Below are positions 29,801 to 38,868 of a DNA stretch of 64,000 nucleotides, one piece after another. Origin of the DNA: Planctomycetaceae bacterium (GTDB lineage: Bacteria > Planctomycetota > Planctomycetia > Planctomycetales > Planctomycetaceae); NCBI GenBank assembly GCA_035687365.1, contig DASRXU010000226.1:4911-68910 (forward strand). Reading direction: 5' to 3'. A program made the translations under genes and the position numbers. Below the pieces are notes generated by a model. The model was not told the DNA's origin. It ran no database searches and saw only the letters and a program-made list of their open reading frames with translations. Within the stretch, counting starts at the first letter, position 1, and every line of letters begins with the position of its first letter.

Positions 29801-31426
29801 ATGCGAAGCTGGAAGCATCGCTTGGTGTTTATTCTGGCATCCGGAGTCGCTTGCGGGAGCGGTTCGAACGGAACACCGCTCGCAGCGCAAGAACCGCCCG
29901 CGGGTGCTCTGCCAGCGCTGCCCCGCACCTTTGCGGATCAGCGCGATGTTCTTCACGGGCCAATCCTCTCGGTAGGTGAAGCGATTCCCCGGTTGCCTTC
30001 AGAGGAGTTGACCGCGGCTGACAGACCGCTTCCGATCAATCTGGCGACGGCCCTGCAACTTGCGGGTGCCCGGCCGACTATCATCGCGGTCGCGCAGGCG
30101 AGCGTGGGAGTCGCGCAGGCCCAGCTATCCAAGGCAAATGTACTGTGGCTGCCCTCGTTAAACGTCGGGGCAGGTTACTACCGCCATGACGGCGCGACCC
30201 AGGGCCAGTCCGGGAACTTTTACGACAACTCCAAGGACCAGTTCTTCGCGGGTGCTGGTCTTACGGCAAGAGTGGCGGCAACGGACGCCCTGTTCGCTCC
30301 CCTTGCGGCCCGGCAGGTAGTCAGGTCGCGGATGAGCGATGTACAGGCCGCCCGCAACGATGCGCTACTGGCTGTGGCAGAAGCTTACTTCGACGTGCAA
30401 CAGGCCCGGGGACGTTTGGCCGCCAGCCGTGACGTGCTGGAGAAGGGCTTGAAGTTGGAGCCGGTTTTGATCGCTCAAGTCCAGGGGAGCGGACAATCAA
30501 CGGACTTGCACAGGGGCAGAGCCGTGCGAGCCAGTTTCGAAGATCGAATCGCTACAACCAGAGAGCAGTGGGGGGTGGCCAGCGCCAATTTGACTCAAGT
30601 GCTGCGACTGGATCCCACTGCGACGGTCGTCCCGCTTGAACCGCCGAACTTGAGCGTGACGCTCGTCTCGCCGCAGGTTTCCGTAGACGACCTCATCCCG
30701 ATCGGGCTGACCGCCCGGCCCGAACTGGCCTCCCAGCAGGCCCTTGTGCAAGCGGCGCTCGCTCGGATCAAGCAGGAACGCATGCGCCCGCTGCTCCCCA
30801 GCCTCGTGTTGGAGGGTGCTCCCGGCCCCGCGGGGCCTGGTGGTTTAATGGGTGGAGTCTTCGGCTCCACCATCAACGGCGCGGAGAATCCCACCCTAGC
30901 CCGCGACGACGTCAGCGTGGGACTGGTGTGGGAGTTGCAAAACCTCGGCCTTGGCAACCGGGCGCTCGTACGCCAGCGCCGCTCGGAGCACGAGCAACAA
31001 GTGATCGAATTGTTCCGAACCCAGGACCAAGTGGCCGCCGAAATCGCCCGAGCCCATGTCCAGTTGCGGTCGTCGACAGCGCGCGTTGCTTCGGCCGAGA
31101 ACGGTCTCGGAGAAGCTCGACTCGCGTATGAAGGAAGCGTTGCAGAGTTGGGAAAAGTCGAGCACTTAGGCGGAGTCGAGATCGTAGTCCGCCGAGCATT
31201 TGAAGTGGTCGCAGCGCTTAGGTCGTGGTCCGAGGCGTACGACACCTACTTCCAAAGCGTAAACGACTATAACCGAGCGCAGTTCCGGTTGTTCCGTTCG
31301 TTGGGCTATCCTGCGGCGATCCTGGCGTACGAGCGCGCGCCCGAACCTATGGTGCCTGTGGACACGACCCGTCCGCCCCAGATGGCTCCCGTCTGCGCCC
31401 CCGACCCGTGTCCGTACCGTCAGTGA
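29801..31426 (+). CDS. TolC-family outer membrane efflux protein
   Basis: Start MRSWKHRLVFILASGVACGSG (ATG 29801). PINLATALQLAGARPTIIAVAQASVGVAQAQLSKANVLWLPSLNVGAGYYRHDG, and a two-fold repeat of helical/beta segments typical of the OEP family. No MFP or pump gene is adjacent. Confidence 0.75.
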   Translation: MRSWKHRLVFILASGVACGSGSNGTPLAAQEPPAGALPALPRTFADQRDVLHGPILSVGEAIPRLPSEELTAADRPLPINLATALQLAGARPTIIAVAQASVGVAQAQLSKANVLWLPSLNVGAGYYRHDGATQGQSGNFYDNSKDQFFAGAGLTARVAATDALFAPLAARQVVRSRMSDVQAARNDALLAVAEAYFDVQQARGRLAASRDVLEKGLKLEPVLIAQVQGSGQSTDLHRGRAVRASFEDRIATTREQWGVASANLTQVLRLDPTATVVPLEPPNLSVTLVSPQVSVDDLIPIGLTARPELASQQALVQAALARIKQERMRPLLPSLVLEGAPGPAGPGGLMGGVFGSTINGAENPTLARDDVSVGLVWELQNLGLGNRALVRQRRSEHEQQVIELFRTQDQVAAEIARAHVQLRSSTARVASAENGLGEARLAYEGSVAELGKVEHLGGVEIVVRRAFEVVAALRSWSEAYDTYFQSVNDYNRAQFRLFRSLGYPAAILAYERAPEPMVPVDTTRPPQMAPVCAPDPCPYRQ

Positions 31427-31427
31427 A

Positions 31428-31583
31428 GACCCGACACTTCCCGACTGGACCGCCGGGGTGAACTGGTACCTGACCCCGAACGTGAAGTGTCAGTTCAATT
31501 ACATCGCCGAACATCGCGATGTGCCCGGCGTGACGCCCGGTTGGATCAACGGCGCCGGAGTTCGCGTCGCGTTTAATTTCTGA
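31428..31583 (+). pseudogene. 3'-terminal remnant of a beta-barrel porin gene (OprO/OprP-like C-terminus)
   Basis: The frame starting just after the TolC stop reads ...DWTAGVNWYLTPNVKCQFNYIAEHRDVPGVTPGWINGAGVRVAFNF* with a terminal aromatic residue. No start codon or upstream barrel is present. Followed by stem-loop GCGGCGAC...GTCGCCGC at about 31600-31641. Confidence 0.5.
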
Positions 31584-31901
31584 GCTTCTCTTACGCTCAC
31601 AGCGGCGACGGCTCACTCGACGCGATGGGTCGTCAGTCGCCGCGCCAATTGCCGAAATCATCGGGGCAAAAGGCATCGCGGCCGTGGATTGCAATTCAGC
31701 CCGGCGCGCGGGACAGTAACCCGCGCTTTCCCCTCTTGCCGCTAAGTCAGCGGGCCGGCTGATCTGCTGTTCAAACCGCCACTGCCACTGCCGCGTGGCG
31801 GGTGTTTCGACGCTCTACATCAGGACGACGCGGATCCCTTCCAAAGATCCGTAGTTCAGACAACGTTGACCTTCCAGACTTTCCTGACGGAGAACTCAGA
31901 C

Positions 31902-33836
31902 ATGCGTCTGTCACGACTTCAAGTGTCGGCGGTGTTGACGGCTGGAGCCATCCTCGGTTACGTGTTCGCGTCTGGCAGCGGATCGAAGGTCGAGCAGGCC
32001 AACGGCGCGCCGACAGCGGCCGCGGTTGCGCGAGAGGTTTCCAGCGGTCGCGGCCCGACGCGTTCGACCTTCAAAGTGAGCGCGACTCCCCTCATTCCGC
32101 AGATCGCGACGACGTCAATCGCCAAGGATCAGCCGGCCCGCTGCTCCAGCGGCGCGACCCGGAGCACTTTGCTGACGGCCACCCCAACTCAATTGGCCCA
32201 AGCGCAAGAAGTCGTCCCGCAGCGCAAATCGAAGCCGAACATCCTGGTGATTTTCGGCGACGACGTCGGCGTTACCAACATCAGTGCCTATAGCGACGGC
32301 CTGATGGGGTATGAGACGCCTAACATCGACCGCATCGGCAAAGAAGGACTCCGCTTTCTTCATTATTACGGCGAACAGTCGTGCACGGCGGGTCGGGCCG
32401 CTTTCCTCACTGGACAGCACGGCATTCGCACGGGGCTGACGAAGGTCGGGTTCCCTGGCGCGCCGATGGGAATGAGTCAACTCGATCCCTCGATCGGGGG
32501 CTTACTCAAGAGTCTCGGCTACAGCACGGGTCAATTCGGCAAGAATCACGTCGGCGATCGCAACGAGAGCCTGCCGACAGTCAACGGGTTCGACGAGTTC
32601 TTCGGCAACCTCTACCACCTCAACGCCGAGGAAGAGCCGGAGCTGCCCGACTATCCGAAGGATCCGGCCTACCGTGCCAAGTTCGGCCCCCGCGGCGTCC
32701 TCAAGTGCAAGGCGAGCGATAAGAACGACGAAACCGTCGATCCGCGATTCGGCAAGGTCGGCAAACAGACCATCGAGGACACGGGCGCCCTCACGAAGAA
32801 GCGAATGGAGACCATCGACGACGAGACTTCGGCCGCTGCCATCGACTACATGAAACGGCAGCATGCCGACGGCAAGCCGTTCTTTGTTTGGATGAACACG
32901 ACACGGATGCACCTGCGCACACATGTCCGCGCGGAACACCGGGGTCGCTACAAGCACGGCGACAGCGAATACATCGACGGCATGATCGAGCACGACGACA
33001 CCGTTGGCTCGCTGCTCAAGGCCCTCGACGACATGGGCATCGCTGGCAATACAATCGTCGTGTACTCGAGCGACAACGGCCCGCACATGAACAGCTGGCC
33101 CGACGGCGCGATGACACATTTCCGTTCTGAGAAGAACACCAACTGGGAGGGGGCGTTCCGCGTCCCCTGCCTGGTTCGTTGGCCCGGCGTGATTCATCCA
33201 GGCACGGTCACCAACGAGCTGATGGGTCACAACGACTGGATCCCGACGCTTTGCGCCTTCGCTGGCGAACCGGACATCAAAGGCAAATTGCTCAAGGGTT
33301 ACGACGCCAACAGCAAGACTTACAAAGTCCATCTCGACGGGTACGACCAGTCGACGTTTCTGAAGAGCGTCACCGGCACCGCGGGAAACAACAACGGGAC
33401 GAAGAGCGCCCGCAACACGTTCTTCTACTCGGACGACGATGGCCTGCTCGTGGGCCTGCGACAGGGTGACTACAAGTACGTTTTCTCGGAACAGCGGTCA
33501 CCGGGAACGCTGCAGGTCTGGGCCGAGCCCTTCACGACTTTGCGGCTGCAGAAGATCTTCAACCTGATGCAGGATCCCTTCGAGCGAGCCGACATCACTT
33601 CCAATACCTTTTGGGATTGGCAGCTGAACCATGTTGGATCGGCGTACGGAATGATGGACGACGTCTTCAAGTTCGTGGCGACGTTCGACGAATTCCCACC
33701 ACGCTCCTCTCCGCCCTCGTTCAATCCGGCGAACTTGATGGAACAGAAGCTCCGGGAAATCAAGGCCGGCAAGAAGCTGCGCCAGGCGTTTCCCATGCTC
33801 AACCGCGCTGCGGGTGAGGCCGGGCCGAAGGAATAG
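31902..33836 (+). CDS. Sulfatase (S1 family), N-terminal anchor; motif C-T-A-G-R
   Basis: ATG at 31902 (MRLSRLQVSAVLTAGAILGYVFASG) preferred over TTG at 31866. KPNILVIFGDDVGVTNISAYS, QSCTAGRAAFLTGQHGIRTGL (Cys codon 32382-32384), GQFGKNHVGD, YSSDNGPH. Confidence 0.9.
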   Translation: MRLSRLQVSAVLTAGAILGYVFASGSGSKVEQANGAPTAAAVAREVSSGRGPTRSTFKVSATPLIPQIATTSIAKDQPARCSSGATRSTLLTATPTQLAQAQEVVPQRKSKPNILVIFGDDVGVTNISAYSDGLMGYETPNIDRIGKEGLRFLHYYGEQSCTAGRAAFLTGQHGIRTGLTKVGFPGAPMGMSQLDPSIGGLLKSLGYSTGQFGKNHVGDRNESLPTVNGFDEFFGNLYHLNAEEEPELPDYPKDPAYRAKFGPRGVLKCKASDKNDETVDPRFGKVGKQTIEDTGALTKKRMETIDDETSAAAIDYMKRQHADGKPFFVWMNTTRMHLRTHVRAEHRGRYKHGDSEYIDGMIEHDDTVGSLLKALDDMGIAGNTIVVYSSDNGPHMNSWPDGAMTHFRSEKNTNWEGAFRVPCLVRWPGVIHPGTVTNELMGHNDWIPTLCAFAGEPDIKGKLLKGYDANSKTYKVHLDGYDQSTFLKSVTGTAGNNNGTKSARNTFFYSDDDGLLVGLRQGDYKYVFSEQRSPGTLQVWAEPFTTLRLQKIFNLMQDPFERADITSNTFWDWQLNHVGSAYGMMDDVFKFVATFDEFPPRSSPPSFNPANLMEQKLREIKAGKKLRQAFPMLNRAAGEAGPKE

Positions 33837-34010
33837 ATCGGGCCACGCGATCAATCGCAGAGGGAACGATTCCTCCGTTTCTCTCAAAAAGGACCCGAGA
33901 TCATGCGCGCGTGAAAACTTCGCTCCGCCCCGCAGATCACAGTTGGCTCCGAACCGGTCCCCTGATCCTGCAACTCGCTAGCCCTTGAATGCTCCAAAAC
34001 GCTCGTCGCA

Positions 34011-35453
34011 TTGACGTGGAGAACCAACGTGCGAACTTCAACGATCCTCCTCGCGATTCTTATCGCGTCTGCGGTGGCACCGGGCCAGGAAACTTTGCGC
34101 GGCGGATTTCCCGCACCCGAGGCGTCACAAAACGCGCGCGATGCCGAGGACTTTCAGCGGGCCGTCACGGCCTATCGCTTCTGGTATCCGACTGCGTCGT
34201 GCGAAGGCATCTTCAACGGCGGACTGGAACTGGGCCAAAAGGTCAACGAGGACATGATGATCCTGTCGGCCGGGCCGCGGCAGGTGGTCTTCACAGCGAA
34301 TTCCGATACGCCTTATGGCTCGGGAACATTTGACCTCAAAGATCGGCCGCTCGTGGTCGAGTTGCCGCCGGGGCCATTCATCGCCTTGGCGGACGATCAT
34401 CATCAGCGTTGGATCATGGACATGGGGTTGCCCGGGCCTGACGCCGGCAAGGGCGGAAAGCATCTGCTCCTGCCGCCGGGCTACAAAGGTGAAGTGCCGA
34501 GCGGTTATCACGTCGGCCGTTCGGCGTCGTACAAGGTGCTCGTCGCGATTCGAGCGCTGCCGATTAACGGCGACGTCGTCGGAGCGATGGCCGCCCTGCG
34601 CTCCATCAAGATCTATCCGCTGTCGAGCGCGGCCGACCCCAAGCTCGTGAAGTACACCGATATCACGCAGAAGCCGATGGACGGCACGTGCCTGCGCTGG
34701 GAAGACAACCTGCAGTTCTGGGAGAAGCTGCACGACGTCTTCGAGGCCGAGCCAGTGGTGCCCGAGTTCCGGGCAATGTCGGGCTTGCTGATGTCGCTCG
34801 GCATTGAGAAGGGCAAACCGTTCGCCCCGGACGCGCGGATGAAAGACATCTTGGAACGCGCTGCCAAGGCGGGGCGCGAGCAATTGCTCGTTTCGGCATT
34901 CGACAGCAACCGACCCAACCGCGCGGCGTGGGACGATCGGAAGTGGGAGTGGGTGAGCTTTGTGGCAGACAACGGCAACTTCCGTACTCCGGGCGGCCTC
35001 GATCTCGAGGCCCGTGATCGTTGGTTCGCGCAGGCGATCGTCACGTCGCCGGCCATGTTCCGCCGCTCGCCCGGTGCCGGCTCCCTCTACTGGTTGGCTG
35101 CGCGCGATCGCAGCGGCGCCTATCTCGATGGCAGCAAGAGCTACAAGCTTGCTGTCCCACTGCCCGTGCCCGCCGGCCTCTTCTGGTCGGTCACCGCTTA
35201 CGACGCGGCCACCCGCAGTGAAGTGCAAACCGATCAAGACAAGGCGGCCCTTCGCTCGCTGTTCGAGCTAAAGGATCTGTCGGGCGATTCCGTCGACCTC
35301 TACTTCGGCCCGACCGCACCCGCGGGCAAAGAATCTCGCTGGATCAAAACCGCGGCTGGCAAAGGCTGGTTTGCCTACTTCCGCATCTACGGACCCAAAG
35401 GTCCGGCCTTCGACGGCAATTGGAAGCCGGGGGATTTTGAGGAGGTGAAGTGA
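34011..35453 (+). CDS. DUF1254 + DUF1214 domain-containing secreted protein
   Basis: 480 aa, signal-like STILLAILIASAVAPGQE. AVTAYRFWYPTAS...FTANSDTPYGSGTFDL (DUF1254-like), then WFAQAIVTSPAMF...FWSVTAYD...GWFAYFRIYGP (DUF1214-like). The start is uncertain (TTG 34011 or GTG 34029). Confidence 0.8.
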   Translation: MTWRTNVRTSTILLAILIASAVAPGQETLRGGFPAPEASQNARDAEDFQRAVTAYRFWYPTASCEGIFNGGLELGQKVNEDMMILSAGPRQVVFTANSDTPYGSGTFDLKDRPLVVELPPGPFIALADDHHQRWIMDMGLPGPDAGKGGKHLLLPPGYKGEVPSGYHVGRSASYKVLVAIRALPINGDVVGAMAALRSIKIYPLSSAADPKLVKYTDITQKPMDGTCLRWEDNLQFWEKLHDVFEAEPVVPEFRAMSGLLMSLGIEKGKPFAPDARMKDILERAAKAGREQLLVSAFDSNRPNRAAWDDRKWEWVSFVADNGNFRTPGGLDLEARDRWFAQAIVTSPAMFRRSPGAGSLYWLAARDRSGAYLDGSKSYKLAVPLPVPAGLFWSVTAYDAATRSEVQTDQDKAALRSLFELKDLSGDSVDLYFGPTAPAGKESRWIKTAAGKGWFAYFRIYGPKGPAFDGNWKPGDFEEVK

Positions 35454-35550
35454 ACGAAAAAGCCCCGAGCGGCTGCTCGTCCGCTCGGGGTCAATCTGCC
35501 GCTCTTGAAGAGCGGTTCCATTCGGCTGCTCACCGAACGAGATCATCGGC

Positions 35551-36090
35551 TTACTTCGTTTTCTTCAGCGCAATGGGACTCCAAACCGTGTAGTGTCCCC
35601 CGGGCTGCAACGTTCTGAGGTCCAGCGATGCCTCGTGCACGACCGACTTCGCGAGGTCGCCCTCCGTATTCTGCTGGTAGATGTGCACGTGATGGCCGTC
35701 TTCGTTCCTGACGATGGCCGTATGATGCGGCATGTTTTGTTGGGAGGATCGCGTGCCACCGTTCGCGGTTGTCGTGGTTTTCTTGAAGACGCAATTCTCA
35801 AACTGGATGATGTCGCCGGGTTTGATGCCGGTCGTAATCTGCCCGCGGCTGTGTCCCCAGTGATAGTCGGTCTGGTTGGAGAGATCACCCGGCTTGGCGT
35901 GAGCGATCCGCAGCGCCTCGATGACGAGGTCGGTGCATTCGCCGCTGCCGACTTTCTTTCCCAGTTGAGAGTGTGCGTACTTCACCACTTTGGCTTCGAC
36001 GCTACTGACCGCGGACGAGGTCCCCGCGCCACAAGTGATTGCGACCGACGTCAGAGCTAGTCCGACGACCAAACCATGTTTCGCGTTCAT
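35551..36090 (-). CDS. Secreted papain-fold (NlpC/P60- or CHAP-like) cysteine peptidase/amidase candidate
   Basis: Internal start MNAKHGLVVGLALTSVAITCGA (ATG 36088-36090) within a 418-aa ORF. Candidate catalytic Cys in GSGECTDLVIEAL, then PGDIIQFENC, and His in PHHTAIVRNEDGHHVHIY. Confidence 0.5.
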   Translation of the reverse strand: MNAKHGLVVGLALTSVAITCGAGTSSAVSSVEAKVVKYAHSQLGKKVGSGECTDLVIEALRIAHAKPGDLSNQTDYHWGHSRGQITTGIKPGDIIQFENCVFKKTTTTANGGTRSSQQNMPHHTAIVRNEDGHHVHIYQQNTEGDLAKSVVHEASLDLRTLQPGGHYTVWSPIALKKTK

Positions 36091-36227
36091 AACTTTCCCC
36101 TTAAACACTTTTTCCCGTAAGGCTCCGAGCGTGAGGCAACTTGGAAACTTGCTGTCGAGCGTTTTCGCAGCATCAGCGGCGGCCGGATCGCTCCGGCCGT
36201 TTTCGTTTTCCAGCGATGAGCGATCGC

Positions 36228-36968
36228 TCATTTCTGACTGGTGACGGTATGCTCTGATTTCTTGGTGGTGAGACCGGTGCCGGCGTCTGTGAATGAAGGG
36301 ACGAGCTTGTAAAGATCGCGCTCGAATTTGTCCCGCTCCTTGGCCGAGTCGAAGGTCTTCTCTTTGAAGTCGTCGAGCCGGGCGTCGGCGTACGTGCGAT
36401 ACGAGTCGGTGCCGAACAGGACGGTGGTATGCTCGGTACGAATTTGAGTCTTGAATCCCAGCTTTCGGCACTTGGCCGCCGGCTCTTTCACGGCTGTCCC
36501 GATCAGCTCGCTCGTCGTCTTCTGAAACTGATAGGCGACTTGGACCCAGCCGTTCGTTTTGTACTTCAGCACGTAGACCCTCGAGGAAGAGACGGTCACC
36601 TGTTTCGTGGTGATCGCTTTCGGCGAGGTCGAGGTGACCTCCAGCTTGAGCGTTTGGGCTTCCTTCGTGCGATTGAACTCGGCGTTGACCGATCCGGCCG
36701 TGTTCTTGGCCAACGTGAGACTTCCCTCTTTGATTTTCACAAAGCCGCCCGAGCCGTTCTCCAAGAACAGCCGCCACGTTGCGACGACAGGCGTCGTCGA
36801 TTTGCACTTCACCAACGCCTCGAACGTTCCTTTGTTATTGGCAAAGATATGGGGAATCGAGAACAGGTCGGTATGCGACGGCGTCGGGCCGACCGGTTCG
36901 AAAGCCCGTGCCGACTGACCCAGAGCTAATGCAATGACGGTGGCGATGATTGCGGTGCAGGTTTTCAT
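36228..36968 (-). CDS. Secreted hypothetical protein (Lys/Thr-rich, beta-rich)
   Basis: Signal peptide MKTCTAIIATVIALALGQSARA. 246 aa, no recognisable motif. Lies in a visibly AT-richer stretch. Confidence 0.6.
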   Translation of the reverse strand: MKTCTAIIATVIALALGQSARAFEPVGPTPSHTDLFSIPHIFANNKGTFEALVKCKSTTPVVATWRLFLENGSGGFVKIKEGSLTLAKNTAGSVNAEFNRTKEAQTLKLEVTSTSPKAITTKQVTVSSSRVYVLKYKTNGWVQVAYQFQKTTSELIGTAVKEPAAKCRKLGFKTQIRTEHTTVLFGTDSYRTYADARLDDFKEKTFDSAKERDKFERDLYKLVPSFTDAGTGLTTKKSEHTVTSQK

Positions 36969-38085
36969 GGCTTGTCGATCCTTGCGTCCGTGCGACTTGG
37001 TGATCGTTCAGGCCGCTGGGCCCGGACGTTGGTTGGTTTGAACTTGCCGAGGCGCTAAGTGCGAGGTTTGTTACTGACGCCCAAATCTCGCGTACCCCGG
37101 ATAAGCAGGAACCGGAGCAAAACCGGACAGAAAGATTAAAAGTTCTTACAAATATGGGTGGCGACTTGGCGGCATTGGGGACCGCGAACCGCTCCGAGAA
37201 ACGACCGAAACGGTCAGCCTTTGGCCTTGCGCGCCGTTTATGATGAGAGGTATGCACTTCCTCGGAGTTGGCGGGACAGCATTCCTTGCGACAGTGGCCA
37301 CATGTTGGGTGATTGCCGGGGTTGGGCTTTCGCTTGTTGAGTGCGGACGGGATCGGGGCAGGCTTCTGAGCAATTGGCGATTCGCGTGTTTCGAAGGGCC
37401 CGTGCGGCTGGTTCGGGAAAGAGTCGATTGGCTGTGGGCAATGTTTTTCGGGTCAGCAAGACAGCGCGATAGCCAACCGACGGCGAAAGACCTCTCCGAC
37501 GTGCTCCAAATCCCGATCGTCGACGCTGAACTCTCGCTCGAACTGAGCGAAGCCTTCTTTCACCCGACCGACGATCCGCAATTGAATGGCGAAGCCGTCG
37601 GACTTCTCTGCACTTCGACTCCTCGTAATGAGACGTGGCGGGCGCAAGCGAGCGAGTGCTGTCGAAGGCTGAAAGAGCTTTCGCTGAAGCGGTGAGCCGT
37701 CACCGCTGACAGCTTCGCGGCCCCTGGACGCGCCTCCGACTGCGCCATCGCGCCGCGCGCGCGGTTCGAGAATCTTCGGAGAAACGCGTCCGCAAACGCT
37801 CGCAAATCCGCTTGTACGCGAGTCCGATCGAGTGCCGATCCCGGATTCGAACGACTTGCAGTTGCAAGTCACCGGAAACCCATCAACATGACCTTGTGAA
37901 AAAGGCGAGCCACGCCGTGAATACCCCTTACCCGCGCCTGAAGATTGCGCGCGTATCGCAAACGGTCACGTTTACCTTTAGTGACCGCCCCTCTTATGAA
38001 AAAATAAGGACGCGAAGGGGAAGCGAGCGACAATCAGCGGTATCGTGTCTCCGGGACCCATGAATGGGTCCGCCGATCTGAAGGG

Positions 38086-38841
38086 ATGCCGCGTCGTTTC
38101 CGTGGAGTGATGATGGCGATCAAAGGCGATTCGTCCGGGTCGGTCGAAACACACGGCAGGGCGCGTCGTCGCCGGTTTATCGTTCTCAAGAAATGGTCCG
38201 CGTTCGAGCTGCTGATTTCCCTGCTCGCGATGGTCATTGTAACGCCGTTTGTCGAAGACCTGGCGCATGGGCCTTTGATCGAGGGAATGCTCCTCACCTT
38301 CGTGATGGCCTCCGCAGTGTTGGCCGTTTCGGACCGCCGGTCGGCCCTGTGGATCGCGGTGGCGATCGCGCTGCTGGCCATCGCCGGACGCTGGGTTCAT
38401 CACTTTGACGCGGGCCGATTTCCGCAGGCGATCTACCTGGCACCGAGTCTGGCCCTGCTGGCCTTTGTCTTGGTGCAGTATCTCCGTTACATCCTGCAGG
38501 CGCCGGTCGTGACGTTCGTCGTGTTGTGCGCGGCTGCATCGACTTATGTAATGCTGGGACTGCTCTGGACGATGGCTTATGTGTTAGACGCGAGCATCGA
38601 GCCAAACGCGTTCGCCTCCACCTTGACGCCTAACACGCCGAACTTAATGACCGGCTTCAACGCATTTTACTTCAGCTTTGTGACGCTCAGCACGGTCGGC
38701 TACGGCGACATTGTTCCGGTCTCAAAAGTGGCCCGGATGCTGGCCACGATGGAAGCCATCACAGGGACACTGTACGTCGCGATGCTGATTGCGAGGCTGG
38801 TGTCGATGCACGCTTCAACGCGATCTGAGCATTCAAATTGA
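38086..38841 (+). CDS. Potassium channel family protein
   Basis: Multiple TM helices and the K+ selectivity filter TLSTVGYGDIVP, followed by inner helix MLATMEAITGTLYVAMLIARLV. The exact start is uncertain. Confidence 0.8.
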   Translation: MPRRFRGVMMAIKGDSSGSVETHGRARRRRFIVLKKWSAFELLISLLAMVIVTPFVEDLAHGPLIEGMLLTFVMASAVLAVSDRRSALWIAVAIALLAIAGRWVHHFDAGRFPQAIYLAPSLALLAFVLVQYLRYILQAPVVTFVVLCAAASTYVMLGLLWTMAYVLDASIEPNAFASTLTPNTPNLMTGFNAFYFSFVTLSTVGYGDIVPVSKVARMLATMEAITGTLYVAMLIARLVSMHASTRSEHSN

Positions 38842-38868
38842 GGTTGGCGGACGCACCGTCAGGCCGCG

